From: Octopus sinensis
Lineage: Eukaryota
Reading direction: 5' to 3'
NCBI RefSeq assembly: GCF_006345805.1
Contig: NC_042998.1
Span: 12,710,001 to 12,774,000, forward strand
DNA length: 64,000 nucleotides
The notes beneath the pieces are model-generated. The model worked only from the letters and a program-made list of their open reading frames with translations. It was not told where the DNA came from and made no database searches. Both the position numbers and the translations under genes were made by a program. This document shows positions 41,117-54,407 of the stretch, piece after piece. How positions within the stretch are numbered: the stretch's first letter is position 1; every line of letters begins with the position of its first letter.

Positions 41117-41824
41117 ATAATTATTTAAACTATAAATACCACTATGCTGAAATAGCAGTCAAAACCCTGACCCTAAAACCACCTTAAATGTTCATATCGC
41201 GCCAGAAGAGAAGACAGAAAGGCAAAATAAACTAGCAAAAAAGATTTTGCTCGATAATTCAAGATCCTGGATTTCTGGCTTTGCTTCAGAGAAGCTCTGC
41301 CTTCTTCAGTTGAATATACCAGAGGGCACATAAATAGAGATACATATATACGTTACACTTACATACACGAATGCCTATACATACATATATATGCACGTAT
41401 GCACAAGACCAGCCTAAATTGCCCGCTAAACATGTCCAAGCGTGATATGGTCAAAATAAACACCGCAGTGAATACAATGACGAATTATATAAATTTATAA
41501 ATAAGGATAATATCGATATTTAAATGGGAATAAATACCACGTTTATGTATGTAAGTATAACGTATGTTCCGTATATATATTTATCTGTATTTATGTGCTT
41601 TCTGGTATATTCAACTGAAGAAGGCAGAGCTTCTCTGAAGCAAAGCCAGAATTCCAGGATCTTGAATTATCAAGTAATATCTCTTTTGCTAGTTTATTTT
41701 GCCTTTCTGCTTCTCTCCTGGCGCAATACGAACATTTAAGGTGGTTTTAGGGTCAGAGTTTTGACTGCTATTTCAGCATGGTGGTATCTATCAGATACCC
41801 TAATTTATAGTTTAAATAATTATT
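41117..41824. mobile_element. Inverted pair of ~220-bp PLE-terminal-like elements (family H5), each with a hammerhead motif
   Basis: 41117-41338 is the reverse complement of 41589-41824; hammerhead motifs at 41257-41315 (-) and 41609-41667 (+); each ends in TTTGACTGCTATTTCAGCA. Confidence 0.8.
41257..41315 (-). ncRNA. Hammerhead ribozyme motif (type I, palindromic stem III)
   Basis: Minus strand ATTCAA-CTGAAGA-A-GGC[AGAGCTTCTCTGAAGCAAA]GCC-A-GAAA-TCC-A-GGA-TC-TTGAAT; 6-bp stem I, AUC triplet; extra A before GAAA. Confidence 0.65.
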
Positions 41825-41871
41825 ACCTTTGTATGATATTTATTTTATTTATGCCGAACCGCTAAGTTACG

Positions 41872-42135
41872 GGGACGTAAACACACCATCATCGGTTGTC
41901 AAACGATGTTGAGGGGACAAACACAGACACACAAACGCACACACATACACACACAAACATATACACATATACGACGGGCTTCTTTAAGTTTCCCTCTACC
42001 AAATACACTCACAAGGCTTTGGTCGGCCCGAGGCTATAGTAGAAGACACTTGCCCGAGGTGCCATACAGTGGGACTGAACCCGAAACCATGTGGTTGGTA
42101 AGGAAGCTACTTACCACTTAGCCACTCCTGCGCCT
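41872..42135 (-). mobile_element. SINE family A, 3'-truncated
   Basis: Colinear with 5648-5939. Confidence 0.85.
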
Positions 42136-42489
42136 CATGAATAATAATTCTCACTACTGTAAACAAGAGGCCCGAAATTTTGAGGTAGTTGCCACTCGAT
42201 TGTATCGATGTCAATGCTCACCGGTATTTATTTTATCGACTCCGAAATAATGAAAGGAGAATTTGATCTTACCAGAAATTGAGCTCAGAGCCGCCTTGAA
42301 ATCGATGAAAGAAAATTAAACGAATCAACGTGTTTTTAGGCTGAGGTTTATTGAATAGCTAATCACATTTAAGGAAAATGCATTCGATTTGCAATGGGAA
42401 ACTGTCCGTTCGTGTGAGGTTCGACCAGTTAACTTTGACATAGGACACAAAAAAGCATTCAACTTCCGTTGTCTTTCTACCATAATTCT

Positions 42490-43090
42490 TAATTCTTTAT
42501 TGCCCACAAGGGGCTACACACAGAAGGGACAATGAAGGACAAACAAACGGATTAAGTCGATTACATCGACTCCAGTGCGTAACTAGTACTTAATTTATCG
42601 ACCCCGAAAGGATGAAAGGCAAAGTCGACCTAGGCGGAATTTGAACTGAGAACGTTAAGACAGGCGAAATACCTATTTCTTTATTACCCACAAGGGGCTT
42701 AACACAGAGAGGACAAACAAGGACAGACAAACGGATTAAGTCGATTATATCGACTCCAGTGCGTAACTGGTACTTATTCAATCGACTACGTAAGGATGAA
42801 AGGCAAAGTCGACCTCGGCGGAATTTGAATTCAGAACCTAGCCGCAGATGAAATACTTATTTCTTTATTGCCCACAAGGGGCTACACATAGAGGGGACAA
42901 TCAAGGACAGACAAAGGGATTAAGTCGATTACATCGACTCCAGTGCGTAACTAGTACTTAATTTATCGACCCCGAATGGATAAAAGGTAAAGTCGACCTC
43001 TGCGGAATTTGAGCTCAGGACGTAACGGTAGACGAAATACGGCTACGCATTTCGCCCGGCGTGCTAACGTTTCTGCCAGCTCGCCGCCTT
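42490..43090 (-). mobile_element. SINE family B with three tandem body units
   Basis: Head AAGGCGGCGAGCTGGCAGAAACG at 43090; three ~170-bp units; TSD CTACCATAATTCT (42477-42489 / 43091-43103). Confidence 0.9.
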
Positions 43091-44595
43091 CTACCATAAT
43101 TCTAACACATATTTTCATAGAAATTGTTTACTGACAGCAGTTCTTCAGTTGTACTTTAGCAACTTATTATTCACCTAAAATACACGAAATATACGATTAA
43201 TTTTGGTGGTATTTAAACATAGAACTTAAATTGCTTTGTCTCAAACACCGCAGGTAATTCATATGATATTATTTGCACAACGAATTTTACTATATTAATA
43301 ACAAAGGAATATGATAATTATGAATGTATCTTTGTTACTCTATGTAACCGCTATTCAAAACTGGATATATAATCAGAAACGTATGAATATGATTCAATGT
43401 TCAAGTGGAAATGTTTGCATTTATGATGTATTTCAGTAAGATTTCCTTCTTTCAATTAGTGCGGAATAGCTAATACACAGTATTAGAGAAGATATTTAGT
43501 CGCTAATTATTTTGATGTTGTTGCACTTGTGGCCATATGGAAAGAAACATTTCTATTATGAAATGTATTGACTGCAGATGTGCTAAGCTAAAGAACAGTC
43601 TGTATTATATGAAATAAGTGGATAGCATACATTGCATTTAAATTGAAGCAATATTATTTAAAAATAAATATCATTAAATAACATGATAATTAAATATTTA
43701 AATAATTCAGAATGCATTTAGTCACTGAATAGGGTAACATTACCGAATTAATGCAAATAATGATTTATTTTCTATGATCTGGATGTTTCCCTAGGTATAA
43801 CAGATATGATTTTCCATCCCTCAATGTTAGATTTTACAAACTATAAAGATCCTAAGTGATTACACGAATTTAAAGAAAGCATGGGGTACATTCTAAGTGC
43901 CAAAGTTTTATGAAGTTCCATAAATTTAGCATCGGAGATATCGGGAAAATATCGTGAAATACGTTAATTAAAATTTACTACCAAAAAGCAGTTTGAATTC
44001 ATAAATTATTTACTAACACTGTATGATTTTCTCAGCGATGTGCGCAAATTTCAGAGTTCAGAGTTTTCCTTTTACCTTTTAACCTACGTGTCAACTTGTA
44101 ACGTTCTCGTCTTTGTTGACAGCGTCAGGTGAATTCATTCTGGTTATTTCACAATAGTAATTACCTCAGTTCTTATGACCATTGTGAATTAGTTGTCATT
44201 CAAGGTAACTTACGTGTATAAATAATGTCTACAACCGTCTACTCAAAATCAATGTTCTGCTATTGATCTGTTGTCGTTTTGTATTTACCAGTTATTGATC
44301 ATTATTGATCAGTATTTACCAGTTATTGATCATTATCAATTTCACATCATTTAGCAATACGGAAAGAATGACAAGAAATATTTTTAGCAATAAATTTGCT
44401 AAATTAATTGCAAACACATCAAAGTTTCATTGAAAACAAATATCAAAATTCAAGCAATTTACTTGGAGAGACCATTTCTTGATAGAATAGATTATATTAT
44501 GTCTCTAGCATAGAGTTTGAAAATTTACGGTAATAGTGCAGTTTTTGAAATGGAATTTGTGTTATATCATCCTATGATAGAAATATTATAAAATG

Positions 44596-45012
44596 AAGGC
44601 AGCAAGCTGGCAGAAACGTTAGCACGCCGGGCGAAATCCTTATCGCTATTTCGCCAGCCGTTACGTTCTGAGTTCAATTTCCGCCGAGGTCGACTTTGCC
44701 TTTCATCCTTTCGGGGTCGATTAAATAAGTACCAGTTACGCACTGGGGTCAATTTAATCGACTTAATCCGTCTGTCTGTCCTTGTTTGTCCACTCTGTGT
44801 TTAGCCCCTTGTGGGTATTAAAGAAATAGGTATTTCGTCTGCGACTAGGTTCTGAATTCAAATTCCGCTGAGGCCGACTTTGCCTTTCATCCTTTCGGGG
44901 TCGATTAAATAAGTACCAGTTACGCACTGGGGTCGATATAATCGACTTAATCTGTTGTCTGTCCTTATTTGTCCCCTCTGTGTTTAGCCCCTTATGGGTA
45001 GTAAAGCAATAA
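44596..45012 (+). mobile_element. SINE family B with two tandem body units
   Basis: Same head and unit; imperfect TSD GAAAT(A/G)TTATAAAA. Confidence 0.9.
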
Positions 45013-45346
45013 GAAATGTTATAAAAATATAACAGATCTAACGAGATATGAAAATAGATTCTACATGCCCAGTTCAAAACTAGGTTTCAGTGCAATATCG
45101 AGAAACATTCATTGCATAGCTTTTAAAATATTGGCCTCAATTGGGATAAACTGTTCAGTTGACTAATATTTATTTTATTGACCTTGGTTAAATTTCACAA
45201 TGCTAATCATTGTAAGATATGCAACTATTTGATAAAAATGCAAGAATAGTTTATCGTACAAGTTACGGATCATTTTTAGAGACACTAGTTGAAATTTAAA
45301 ATGAAACTAAGAGAGGTGTTTGCGATACAAATCAGAAATTATCAAA

Positions 45347-45751
45347 GGCGCAGGAGTGGCTGTGTGGTAAGTAGCTTGTTTACCAACCACATGGTTCCGG
45401 GTTCAGTCCCACTGCGTGGCACCTTGGGTAAGTGTCTTCTACTATAGCCTCGGGCTGACCAAAGCCTTGCGAGTGGATTTGGTAGACGGAAACTGAAAGA
45501 AGCCCGTCGTATATATGTATATATATATATGTATATATGCGTGTGTGTGTCTATGTTTGTCCCCCCTAGCATTGTTTGACAACCGATGCTGGTGTGTTTA
45601 TGTCCCCGTTACTTAGCGGTTCAGAATAAGAGACCGATAGAAAAAGTACTAGGCTTACAAAAGAATAAGTCCCGAGGTCGAGTTGCTCGATTAAAGGCGG
45701 TGCTCCAGCATGGCCGCAGTCAAATGACTGAAACAAGTAAATGACTAAAGA
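45347..45751 (+). mobile_element. tRNA-derived SINE family A, full length
   Basis: AGGCGCAGGAGTGGCTGTGTGG A box, GGTTCAGTCCC B box, central microsatellite, 3' GCAGTCAAATGACTGAAACAAGTAAA. Confidence 0.9.
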
Positions 45752-46084
45752 GCATTATAGTGTTTCCGAACATCATTCTGTGGTATTTGTGTCGTCCTCA
45801 AATATGTTAAGATTGTCCTATTCACTACAAAAACTATCTATTTATATGAGTGGCTTTCTTTCGTATACCGGTGCAATTATCATAGCATAGCACCTTCAAT
45901 ATGTTGGCCTTCTGGATAGTTTCGATGGAAATGGAGCAGTAATGTGTATGATATTATAAGAAATAGCTATAGGCAAAATACTATGACGCGGAACACTTAT
46001 ATATGGCTTTCTTCGACGTCTTTATATATTATAAACTATAGATTCAGAGCGATGCCTCTTTTTAATACAGGCACTATAATATCT

Positions 46085-46220
46085 TACAATGATTTAAAAT
46101 TTCTATTGTCTCAATATCGTAGGCACAAAAGTCTTATTCAAAACTGTGTCCTGTTTTACAATGATTTAAAACGTCTATTGTCTCAATATCATAGGCACAA
46201 CAGTCTTATTCAAAACTGTC
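46085..46220. repeat. ~72-bp tandem duplication
   Basis: TTACAATGATTTAAAA...GTCTTATTCAAAACTGT occurs twice. Confidence 0.85.
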
Positions 46221-49000
46221 CATTTTTATTCAATGCTTACGTCAGTAATGTATCTAATATTTATGAATTAATCATAAAGCCATAAGCACCGAACTGGAGC
46301 GAAGAATAAACCGTGACATGCTCACCGACAGGAGATAAACTATATATCCATCATAATTGATAACAACTTTAGCGTGAAGAGAAAAAATATTCATTTGAAT
46401 TTTTATAACGTCATACAATTAAATATAGAAATCACCCACACAAGTTTTTGAAAACTATGATCTCTATTACATTTGTATTTTAATTTAATTCAAGTGGGCA
46501 CCAATATGGATGACTGAACTCAGACCGGTCTCAAGTTCGCGGCCATTGCATATCATCTTGGGCGAGTAAGTTTTCACATGCAGTTGGCTCTGCACATTTT
46601 TGTGTGTAAAATGTTTGTTAATGGAAATTGTACTGAAGTAGTGGTTATACATACGAAAATAAATATATATTATGTATATATGTACACCGCCGGCATATAT
46701 ATAGTAGGATAAGAAATAGAAAGCCCTTGATATAGAAAGTATTATATATTTGAAAAAATAAATAGAAATAAGTTTTTCTGATAATTTTTTCCAGTTTAAT
46801 AATTAGACGCTTTAAGTTTACAACAGATTGTGAACTTATACCTATCTAATTATTAAAGTGGAAGAATTATCAGAAAAACGATTTCTATTCATTTTCCGCC
46901 CCAAAAACGAAAAATAAAAAGTGCGTATGTGTGTGTGTGAAAAATAGAATAAATATGTATGTATACAGATGCATACATACATAAATACATACATATATTT
47001 AAGTGTGTGTGTCAGTGTATATACGTATCTATGCATACGTATCTATGAGCAATTGTAAGTACGTGTGTTTTGGATCGATTTACGTATATTTCACTGATCT
47101 ATATCTGCAAAATATGTGAACATATGTGTTAAAAGAAGTGAAACGCAAAAATAACAAACCTATTAAATTGTTGTTTGAAATAAAATTAATCAGTGTTTTA
47201 TTTATTCCACCTGAGCAATGCAGACAATCCCTTGGCACATTCGCCACCAGAAATGCAGCGAAGCAGTGATAGGTACGTCGCTGCTTCACTGAGTTTCTGA
47301 TGGCGATTACAGAAAGGAAAACCTGTAACCGACGACACTATTGTTCAAGAAGGCATGAGTAAAATTTATAAAATAATAAATATGATGAATAAAGCCATTA
47401 AATATCGTGAAACTGTCATAATTTCTTGCATCTTATCTATATTCATGACCCGATCCCCCCCCCCATCATCCCAATATTAGCAGAAATTATTTTACACATA
47501 AATGAAGATAACAAATTCCGATTTAAAAAATGACACTTTTTCACTCTCATATTTTTTGTGGACATTAGCTGCTTACGACTCTCATTAATATTTATATGAT
47601 TCAATATAATTTTTTAGTGATTTAGAATAAACCAATTTTAAAGTTCCTAAACTTTATATGTGATATCGGAAATATCATGTATTTTTGCCGGAAATTTATT
47701 TTTTATTTCTGCATGCATAATCAATTAATCATATTCTTAAACACAATAAAAATATTATATTTTTTTTTTTTGCAAAATTGAATTATCCTATATTTTCCTC
47801 TTTATTCAAATTTGTTATAATTGTATAACCGTGAATTTTGTAGTGCAATTATTTATTTTTAAACATATAAAAACGACAGCTTCATATGAATAATTTCAAT
47901 TAAAATTGTAATAAATATCTTAGTTAATTATAATAACCCATAAACTATTGCTTCGTTATTTAGTGACTACTTTCAAATCAAGTTTTATTAATGTAAGGTG
48001 CGGCTACATAACACGTACACACATACGCACACAGACACAAACACACATACACGCACATGTTTCGAGTTTCCTTCGTCAATATATCACGAAAGTTACAAAC
48101 TACTAACCCATATATAATGTCCTTTATCTTTACTATACGGGAGGCTTACTTCTCAACTTTAGGAGAGCAACATAACTTATATCTTAACCTGTACGACAAT
48201 ATCATGAATGATAAAGGGTAACGGTCCTAATTAGACATGCAGTGCATTGACTCCTTTGCCATATAGCTTATCCCCATAAAATATGAAGCTTTGATAAAGT
48301 GTAAATAGTTTACGGAAAGGTAACGTGGTGTCTCTGAAATTCAGCAGTTCTAAACCCAGCAGCTGAATTTGATCAGAATTACTAATCAAATTAACGTTAA
48401 ATCTCGCAAGGTGACACGAACAAAAGGAAAAATAAATCGAAATTTCGCAGCCGTTTTGCACTAAATTCCAATAAAATTTAATGATTGTTAAAAGGTATTG
48501 CAATATACACACTTCTTTCTACTATAGGACCAAACGCTGAAATCTTGGCAGAGGGGGCTAGTAGATTACATTGAGCACGGTACTTAATTAACCGAAGGGA
48601 AGGAAGAAAAAGTCATCCTCTGCGGATTTTGTCTATAGCATGTAAAGGAGGTCGAAATACCGCTAAGGCATTTTCGCAACATGAAAACCACTCTGCTACC
48701 TTGTTGACTTAGGGCATTATATTATACATACACATATACGTACACATGTGGGTGTGTGCATGTGCACGTACGCGTGTGTGTCTATGAATGGAAAGGAGAA
48801 CAAAATGGAGTAAATAAATAGATATAACAGAAAATGTGTGCCATTTGTGAGCTTGGTCAATGTCCACACAGAAACATGCACTTAAACACACACACATAGA
48901 CATAAACAAGAGCATTTATGAAGATTGTTATATGTATGAATGTATATGCGTATAGTGATATAAGAGTGTACGTGAGTGTACATATGTTTTATATATATAT

Positions 49001-49213
49001 ATAGTTAATCCAAACAAGAAAGCACAAAAATACACAACAACGCGAGGACGTGGAACAAATATAGTATTATTGGACACTCAGGAAAGAAGGAAAGAAGGAG
49101 GGTTAAACGTTTCGAGCGGAGCTCTTCGTCGGACACATAGGAGAAGGAAAGATCCAGAGAAGGGAAGACAGAGGAATAATATCGCCAACGGTACACACGA
49201 GGTCACTTTTTGA
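49001..49213 (-). mobile_element. Short PLE-terminal-like element in (TA)n with hammerhead (family H4)
   Basis: Minus strand CCGACGA-A-GAGC-TCC-GCTC-GAAAC-GTT at 49132-49106; second copy at 53918-54080. Confidence 0.75.
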
Positions 49214-49215
49214 CC

Positions 49216-49275
<60 letters not shown>

Positions 49276-49493
49276 CATCCATATCTGTCTGCATTTCTAC
49301 CCATCTAACTACCCATATATCCATCAATCCATCCATTACTTTATTTATACACCTGTCTGCTTGTCTGCCTGCCTGCCTATTTGCCTATCTATGTATCTAT
49401 CAATTTATGTTAATTATCTGACTATCCATAAGTTTCTGTATGTATGTGTGTATGGAGAGAGAAAAACATAGAGAGAAATATCAGAGCGAGAGG

Positions 49494-49530
<37 letters not shown>

Positions 49531-49987
49531 AGGGGTAAGTGAGAAATGACAAAAGTGAGTACCACATACAAGGAGGATGTATTATATGACGGAGAGGCAT
49601 ATGAACCCTAAGTCGGAGTTTTCAAAGAAATTCTTCGATAGAAACATTTGTATAACTGCATTAAATATGTGTAATTTCAAGTGCGCGAATTATCCACATA
49701 TTTTCCATTTATTCTCCTTTTTCACAGTCGTTCTCCACTATTACAACTAGAAAAGAAATGTAAATAACACTTCATATTTTCTAATTAGAGACTGAAAATT
49801 TGAGGTGTAATTTTCTGCATACATAATCACTTGAATTGAAGTAGGAATATGCATAATACAATAATTTTATTAGAATACACAGACTCTGGACTACTGGCAA
49901 TTAAGATTATGCAACGCATTATTTCCCATTTTTCTGTTCTCTGCTGCAATAAAATATGCTCTTCAACCTCACACGCACTTGTATGAG

Positions 49988-50034
<47 letters not shown>

Positions 50035-50320
50035 ATGCATATGTGTGTGTGTATTTGTGGATTAATTCATATATATATATATATATCCTATGTGAATATG
50101 TCTCTATATGAATATACATATGTTCATATGTACGTGTCTGTCGGTCTATCTGCCTATCTTTACAACTATCTATCTACTTACTATGATTCTCCTGTCTAAC
50201 TTACTCTCTCTCTCTCTCTTTCTCTGTATATATATGTACATATACATATGTATGTGAATGTGTGTGTCGGCGGTGAAATAGCATATACATTTGTATGTAT
50301 ACATTTATCTATAATATATG

Positions 50321-50447
<127 letters not shown>

Positions 50448-50454
50448 ATATATA

Positions 50455-50664
50455 TACTTTATAATTAGGGTTCAGCAAAGATTTGCTTCACCATATACAT
50501 ATACCGAAGTTTAGAAATAGCAGTCAAAACATCTTAGCTATTCCTTCTACTTTAAAAAGGGACCGTTTTTTAAAGTAGAAGGAATAGCTAAGATGTTTTG
50601 ACTGCTATTTCTAAACTTCAGTATGTGGTGAAGCAAATCTTTGCTGAACCCTAATTATAAAGTA
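50455..50664. repeat. Near-perfect palindrome (~100-bp arms, ~8-nt loop)
   Basis: TACTTTATAATTAGGGTTCAGC...CTACTTTAAAAA [GGGACCGT] TTTTTAAAGTAG...GCTGAACCCTAATTATAAAGTA; contains the TAGAAATAGCAGTCAAA motif. Confidence 0.9.
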
Positions 50665-50782
50665 TTACTTAAGCTTACCATGAAATGGTCTTTTTCATGC
50701 CGAATTCTACTTGGTGAAGTTATTGATTACTTCTTAATTAATTAATTTTACCCTGTGTTATCATATATATATATATATATAT

Positions 50783-50982
50783 ATAGTTATCGGCATACTA
50801 ATATGGCATTCTTATAAAAATAAGAATAAAGCTGTCCGCTTATTAGCTCCATGAGGCCATCGCCTTAAGTTAGCTATTTGATACACAAACTGTATCCATA
50901 TAACCTTCGAACAAGGGAGGTCAGTCGCTCCACACTACTTGCCGTGTTCTCTTTTAGAGAGACTTAGTAATTTTAATATTTC

Positions 50983-50987
<5 letters not shown>
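50783..50987. mobile_element. Family H3 fragment with inversion junction
   Basis: 50783-50941 is the reverse complement of ~21598-21757, joined to a forward copy of TGTTCTCTTTTAGAGAGACTTAG...TTTCTATTA; flanked by (TA)n. Confidence 0.85.
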
Positions 50988-51021
<34 letters not shown>

Positions 51022-52008
51022 GCATTCTCCTTATATGTGGCACTCACTTTTGTCATTTCTTGCTCACCTCCTCTCCATCCCTCTCGCTTTATTATTTCTC
51101 TCTGTGATTTTCTCTCTCTATACACACATACATACTGAAACATATGGATAGATAGTTTGATAAATAGATAAATAGATAGATAGATAAAAACGAATTGCTC
51201 TTAACTGTGGTTTGGACTTTTTGACTGTTGTTTCTAGTATGTTAGACAACCTGTTGATGGCTTGCCTCTTTGTGTATAAATGTACAGAGGTTTTATCTGA
51301 AAAATATGTCTATTGACTCTGTATATATACTAGGCCACTGGTAGAAAAATTTCTATAATTTTTTCCTACCCTATATAAATTTAAGAAATGATTTTAGCAA
51401 CTTCTGAAGCTTAATCGGAATTTGAATTTGCTGCCGATTGAAACTGCGCTTGCGTGGTTGATTTGAAAACTTAGAATACATAAGTATGAGACGCGTGTTA
51501 TTTGATCTCTAATTTATATATTAATTTTTTGGTATAACAACTGATGTGAACTTCGCCTTGCAAATTATTTTATTAGCTAATTAAAGTTCGAAATCTTGAG
51601 GTCCGGCTGTAAAACAAGGTAAACGTATTTTATTTTTTATTCCCTCTCAAGTATATAAATTTAAGAATATATATATATTCTGTCTAACTTTTAGATTTGT
51701 TAAAGGGAAACGTTTTGAATATGGAAATAAATCTCCTATTACATTATGCCCGCCACAGTCAGGTGAACCAGTTTGATGGGGTTGCACTAAGCTGTACCGA
51801 TATAATATAGGATAAATGTAATAAATTTAACAATATTCCTTGGATGTAATTTATAAACATTTAATGCATCGCTACATGCGATGGGTGGAAACGCGCGTAG
51901 TAATGCATTAAATGTACATAAATTCCATCGAGTTCCAACGTGCATCAAGCATATTGGGACTGATAATAACATTGCAATTTCACTGCCTGGCGCTCCCGCT
52001 CCGTAATA

Positions 52009-53433
52009 TCTATATCTATAAAACTCAAGATGCCTGTTCGTGTGTTTGTGTGATGTGTGCGTTTTGTGTGTTGTGCGTGTTTCTGTATGCTTTTTATGCG
52101 TTTCTACAATTTTGCATCCGATTTTGATTACACTTTTTTATTCAATGGCAAATTTAATCAGGCAGGTCACTGCTGCATTACGGATGCTTAGAGACATTCC
52201 TTTCTACGAGAAAAATCGATACCACTGAAGGCACCCCCAACTGTTTGGAAAAAATAGGCAACCTTTGCCCGCGAGAAAAGTTTTTACAGGAACATCCAAT
52301 GTTTATAATTTTGGCGTCAAAAGGACCGTCATCTTGCGACATTTCAGACAAATATTTTGACACTGCCTTGGAGTCTCTGATTCCCAAGAAAATTGCAGAA
52401 AACTTTGTAAAAGATACACGGTAGAAAACCTTTTACTGGAAAGTCCGATTTCCTTGGTTTTTACGGCTAAAAAACCACCATTTAATGGCTGTTCTTTCAA
52501 GTATCTATTCTAGGTCCAACGGCATCCCTGTGTGACAAAAACGCACGAAAGATTGTGAAAAAATTGATTTTATACACTTTTTCCCCCTTTAAATCTTCAA
52601 AACTTTCCCACTGCTTTGGTGGATTGCGTTCTACACACTATTTACTCATCCTAAAGACAACGTTAGACGAATCCGATATACACGGAATCCATCCGCCTAT
52701 GAGCAACAATTGCAAAAAACTGGATAGAAAACCGTTTTTTGTTCTTAGATCCCTCATTTTTGACCAAATTCGTCGAATTCTCACATGAACAGTACAGATA
52801 ACTCAACTATGGTTAAAAACTATTTTTGGTTAATATTATTTATTTAAAATTGCGACAGCTCCACGAAATACTGTGAAACGTCACATTTTCACATTTTTGC
52901 TGAGTTACACCCAAGAAAGCTGTTTCAAGGAACAACTGGATTTTTGTTGGCTTTTTGTTGCAAATGAACGGTTGTTGCGTCATTTTTGGACGGTATTTGT
53001 TCTTTGTCTCTGTGCATACGGGTTCTACAGAAAACTGCAAAACATGTCCACTCCTACACCTCCAACAGTTTCACCTTTTTGCAGAGAGCTAGGGCTATGT
53101 CAGCCTTCTACTCACACTCCTTCGCGTGCGAAAAAAGCTAATGACATCTAGTTCACGCCATTTACATCAACCTCTCATATTTATAATATCCTTTCAACAC
53201 CAATCTAATAGGATAAAATGCCTGTGATGTCAAGACATTGTGCGATTTGTAAACATTACCTGAATTTCGAGGACCTCCTCCGGCGTTCGGTGGTTCAACT
53301 AATGAATGCCACTGGGGGAAAATGATTTCTTCCTCAAAAAATATTCATAGAGATGTACAACGAAAAAATAGTAGGAACTATTTATAACATTGCCGAGTAT
53401 TTAATCACCGAGCACCCCTGGTACTCCTGATAG
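52009..53433 (+). mobile_element. Putative larger non-autonomous Helitron
   Basis: A|TCTATATCTATAAAACTC 5' end followed by a TG-rich tract, and 3' ACCGAGCACCCCTGGTACTCCTGATAG|T resembling the other Helitron ends here. Interior not recognised. Confidence 0.5.
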
Positions 53434-53735
53434 TATGTATACTAGTATATATATATATACTATATCTGGATACCCCAGATATATACTATATCTGGATATA
53501 TCTGGATATATCTGGATACCCCACAGTCGATTGACTACCGATGTTGGTACGTTTAAGTCCCGCAACATAGCAGTTCAGCAAAATAGACCGATAGAATAAG
53601 GTGCTCCGGCACGGCCGCAGTCAACTGAATGAAACAAATGATGGAATAAAAGAATATATACGCATAACGAGAGAGTTAGTGAGAAACTGAGTGATGCTTG
53701 TATGTCCATCAAATCGCATATTTATGTTATTATAT

Positions 53736-54077
53736 AGGCATAGGAGTGGCTGTGTGGTAAGTAGCTTGCTTACCAACCACATGTTTCTGGGTTCAGTCCC
53801 ACTGCGTGACACCTTGGGGAAGTGTCTTGTACTATAGCCTCGGGCCGACCAAAGCCTTGTGAGTGCATTTGGTAGACGGATACTGAAGGAAGTCCGTCGT
53901 ATATATATATATATATATTCTTTTCTCTGGATCTTTCCTTCTATGTTTCCGACGAAGAGCTCCGCTCGCAACGTTAAACCCTCCTTCTTTCTTTCTTTCC
54001 TGAGCGTCCAATAATACTATATTTGTTCCACGTCCTCGCGTTGTTGTGTTTTTTTGTGCTTTCTTGTTTGGATTAAC

Positions 54078-54108
<31 letters not shown>

Positions 54109-54320
54109 ATGTTTGTGTGTCTGTGTTTTTCCACCCCCCCAAACATTGATTGATAACTGATGCTGGTGCGTTTACGGCCTCGTAAGCTTGCGGTTCAGCA
54201 AAAATGATCGATAGAATAAGTACCAGGCTTACAAAGAATAAGTCCAGGGGTCGATTTGCTCGAATAAAGGCGGTGCTCCACCATGGCCACAGTCAAATGA
54301 CTGAAACGAGTAACAGAGTA
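53736..54320 (+). mobile_element. SINE family A with nested H4 element
   Basis: SINE 5' half 53736-53900 and 3' half ~54100-54320, with the H4 element inside the central (TA)n tract. Confidence 0.85.
53918..54080 (+). mobile_element. Family H4 element with hammerhead motif
   Basis: GTTT-CCGACGA-A-GAGC-TCC-GCTC-GCAAC-GTT-AAAC (53945-53979); stem I GTTT/AAAC intact, GAAA mutated to GCAA. Confidence 0.75.
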
Positions 54321-54407
54321 TTACATATTCAAGAAATTTTATTATGTATATTTTTCAAGAGAGACATCCCTCTCAATTCTCACGCGGGCCATTTGCATTT
54401 ATGCATA

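Noticed and set aside
42490-43090. Regularly spaced repeats superficially like a CRISPR array
   Set aside because: The whole ~170-bp unit repeats with no unique spacers, has a tRNA-like head and a TSD, and lies in a eukaryotic context.
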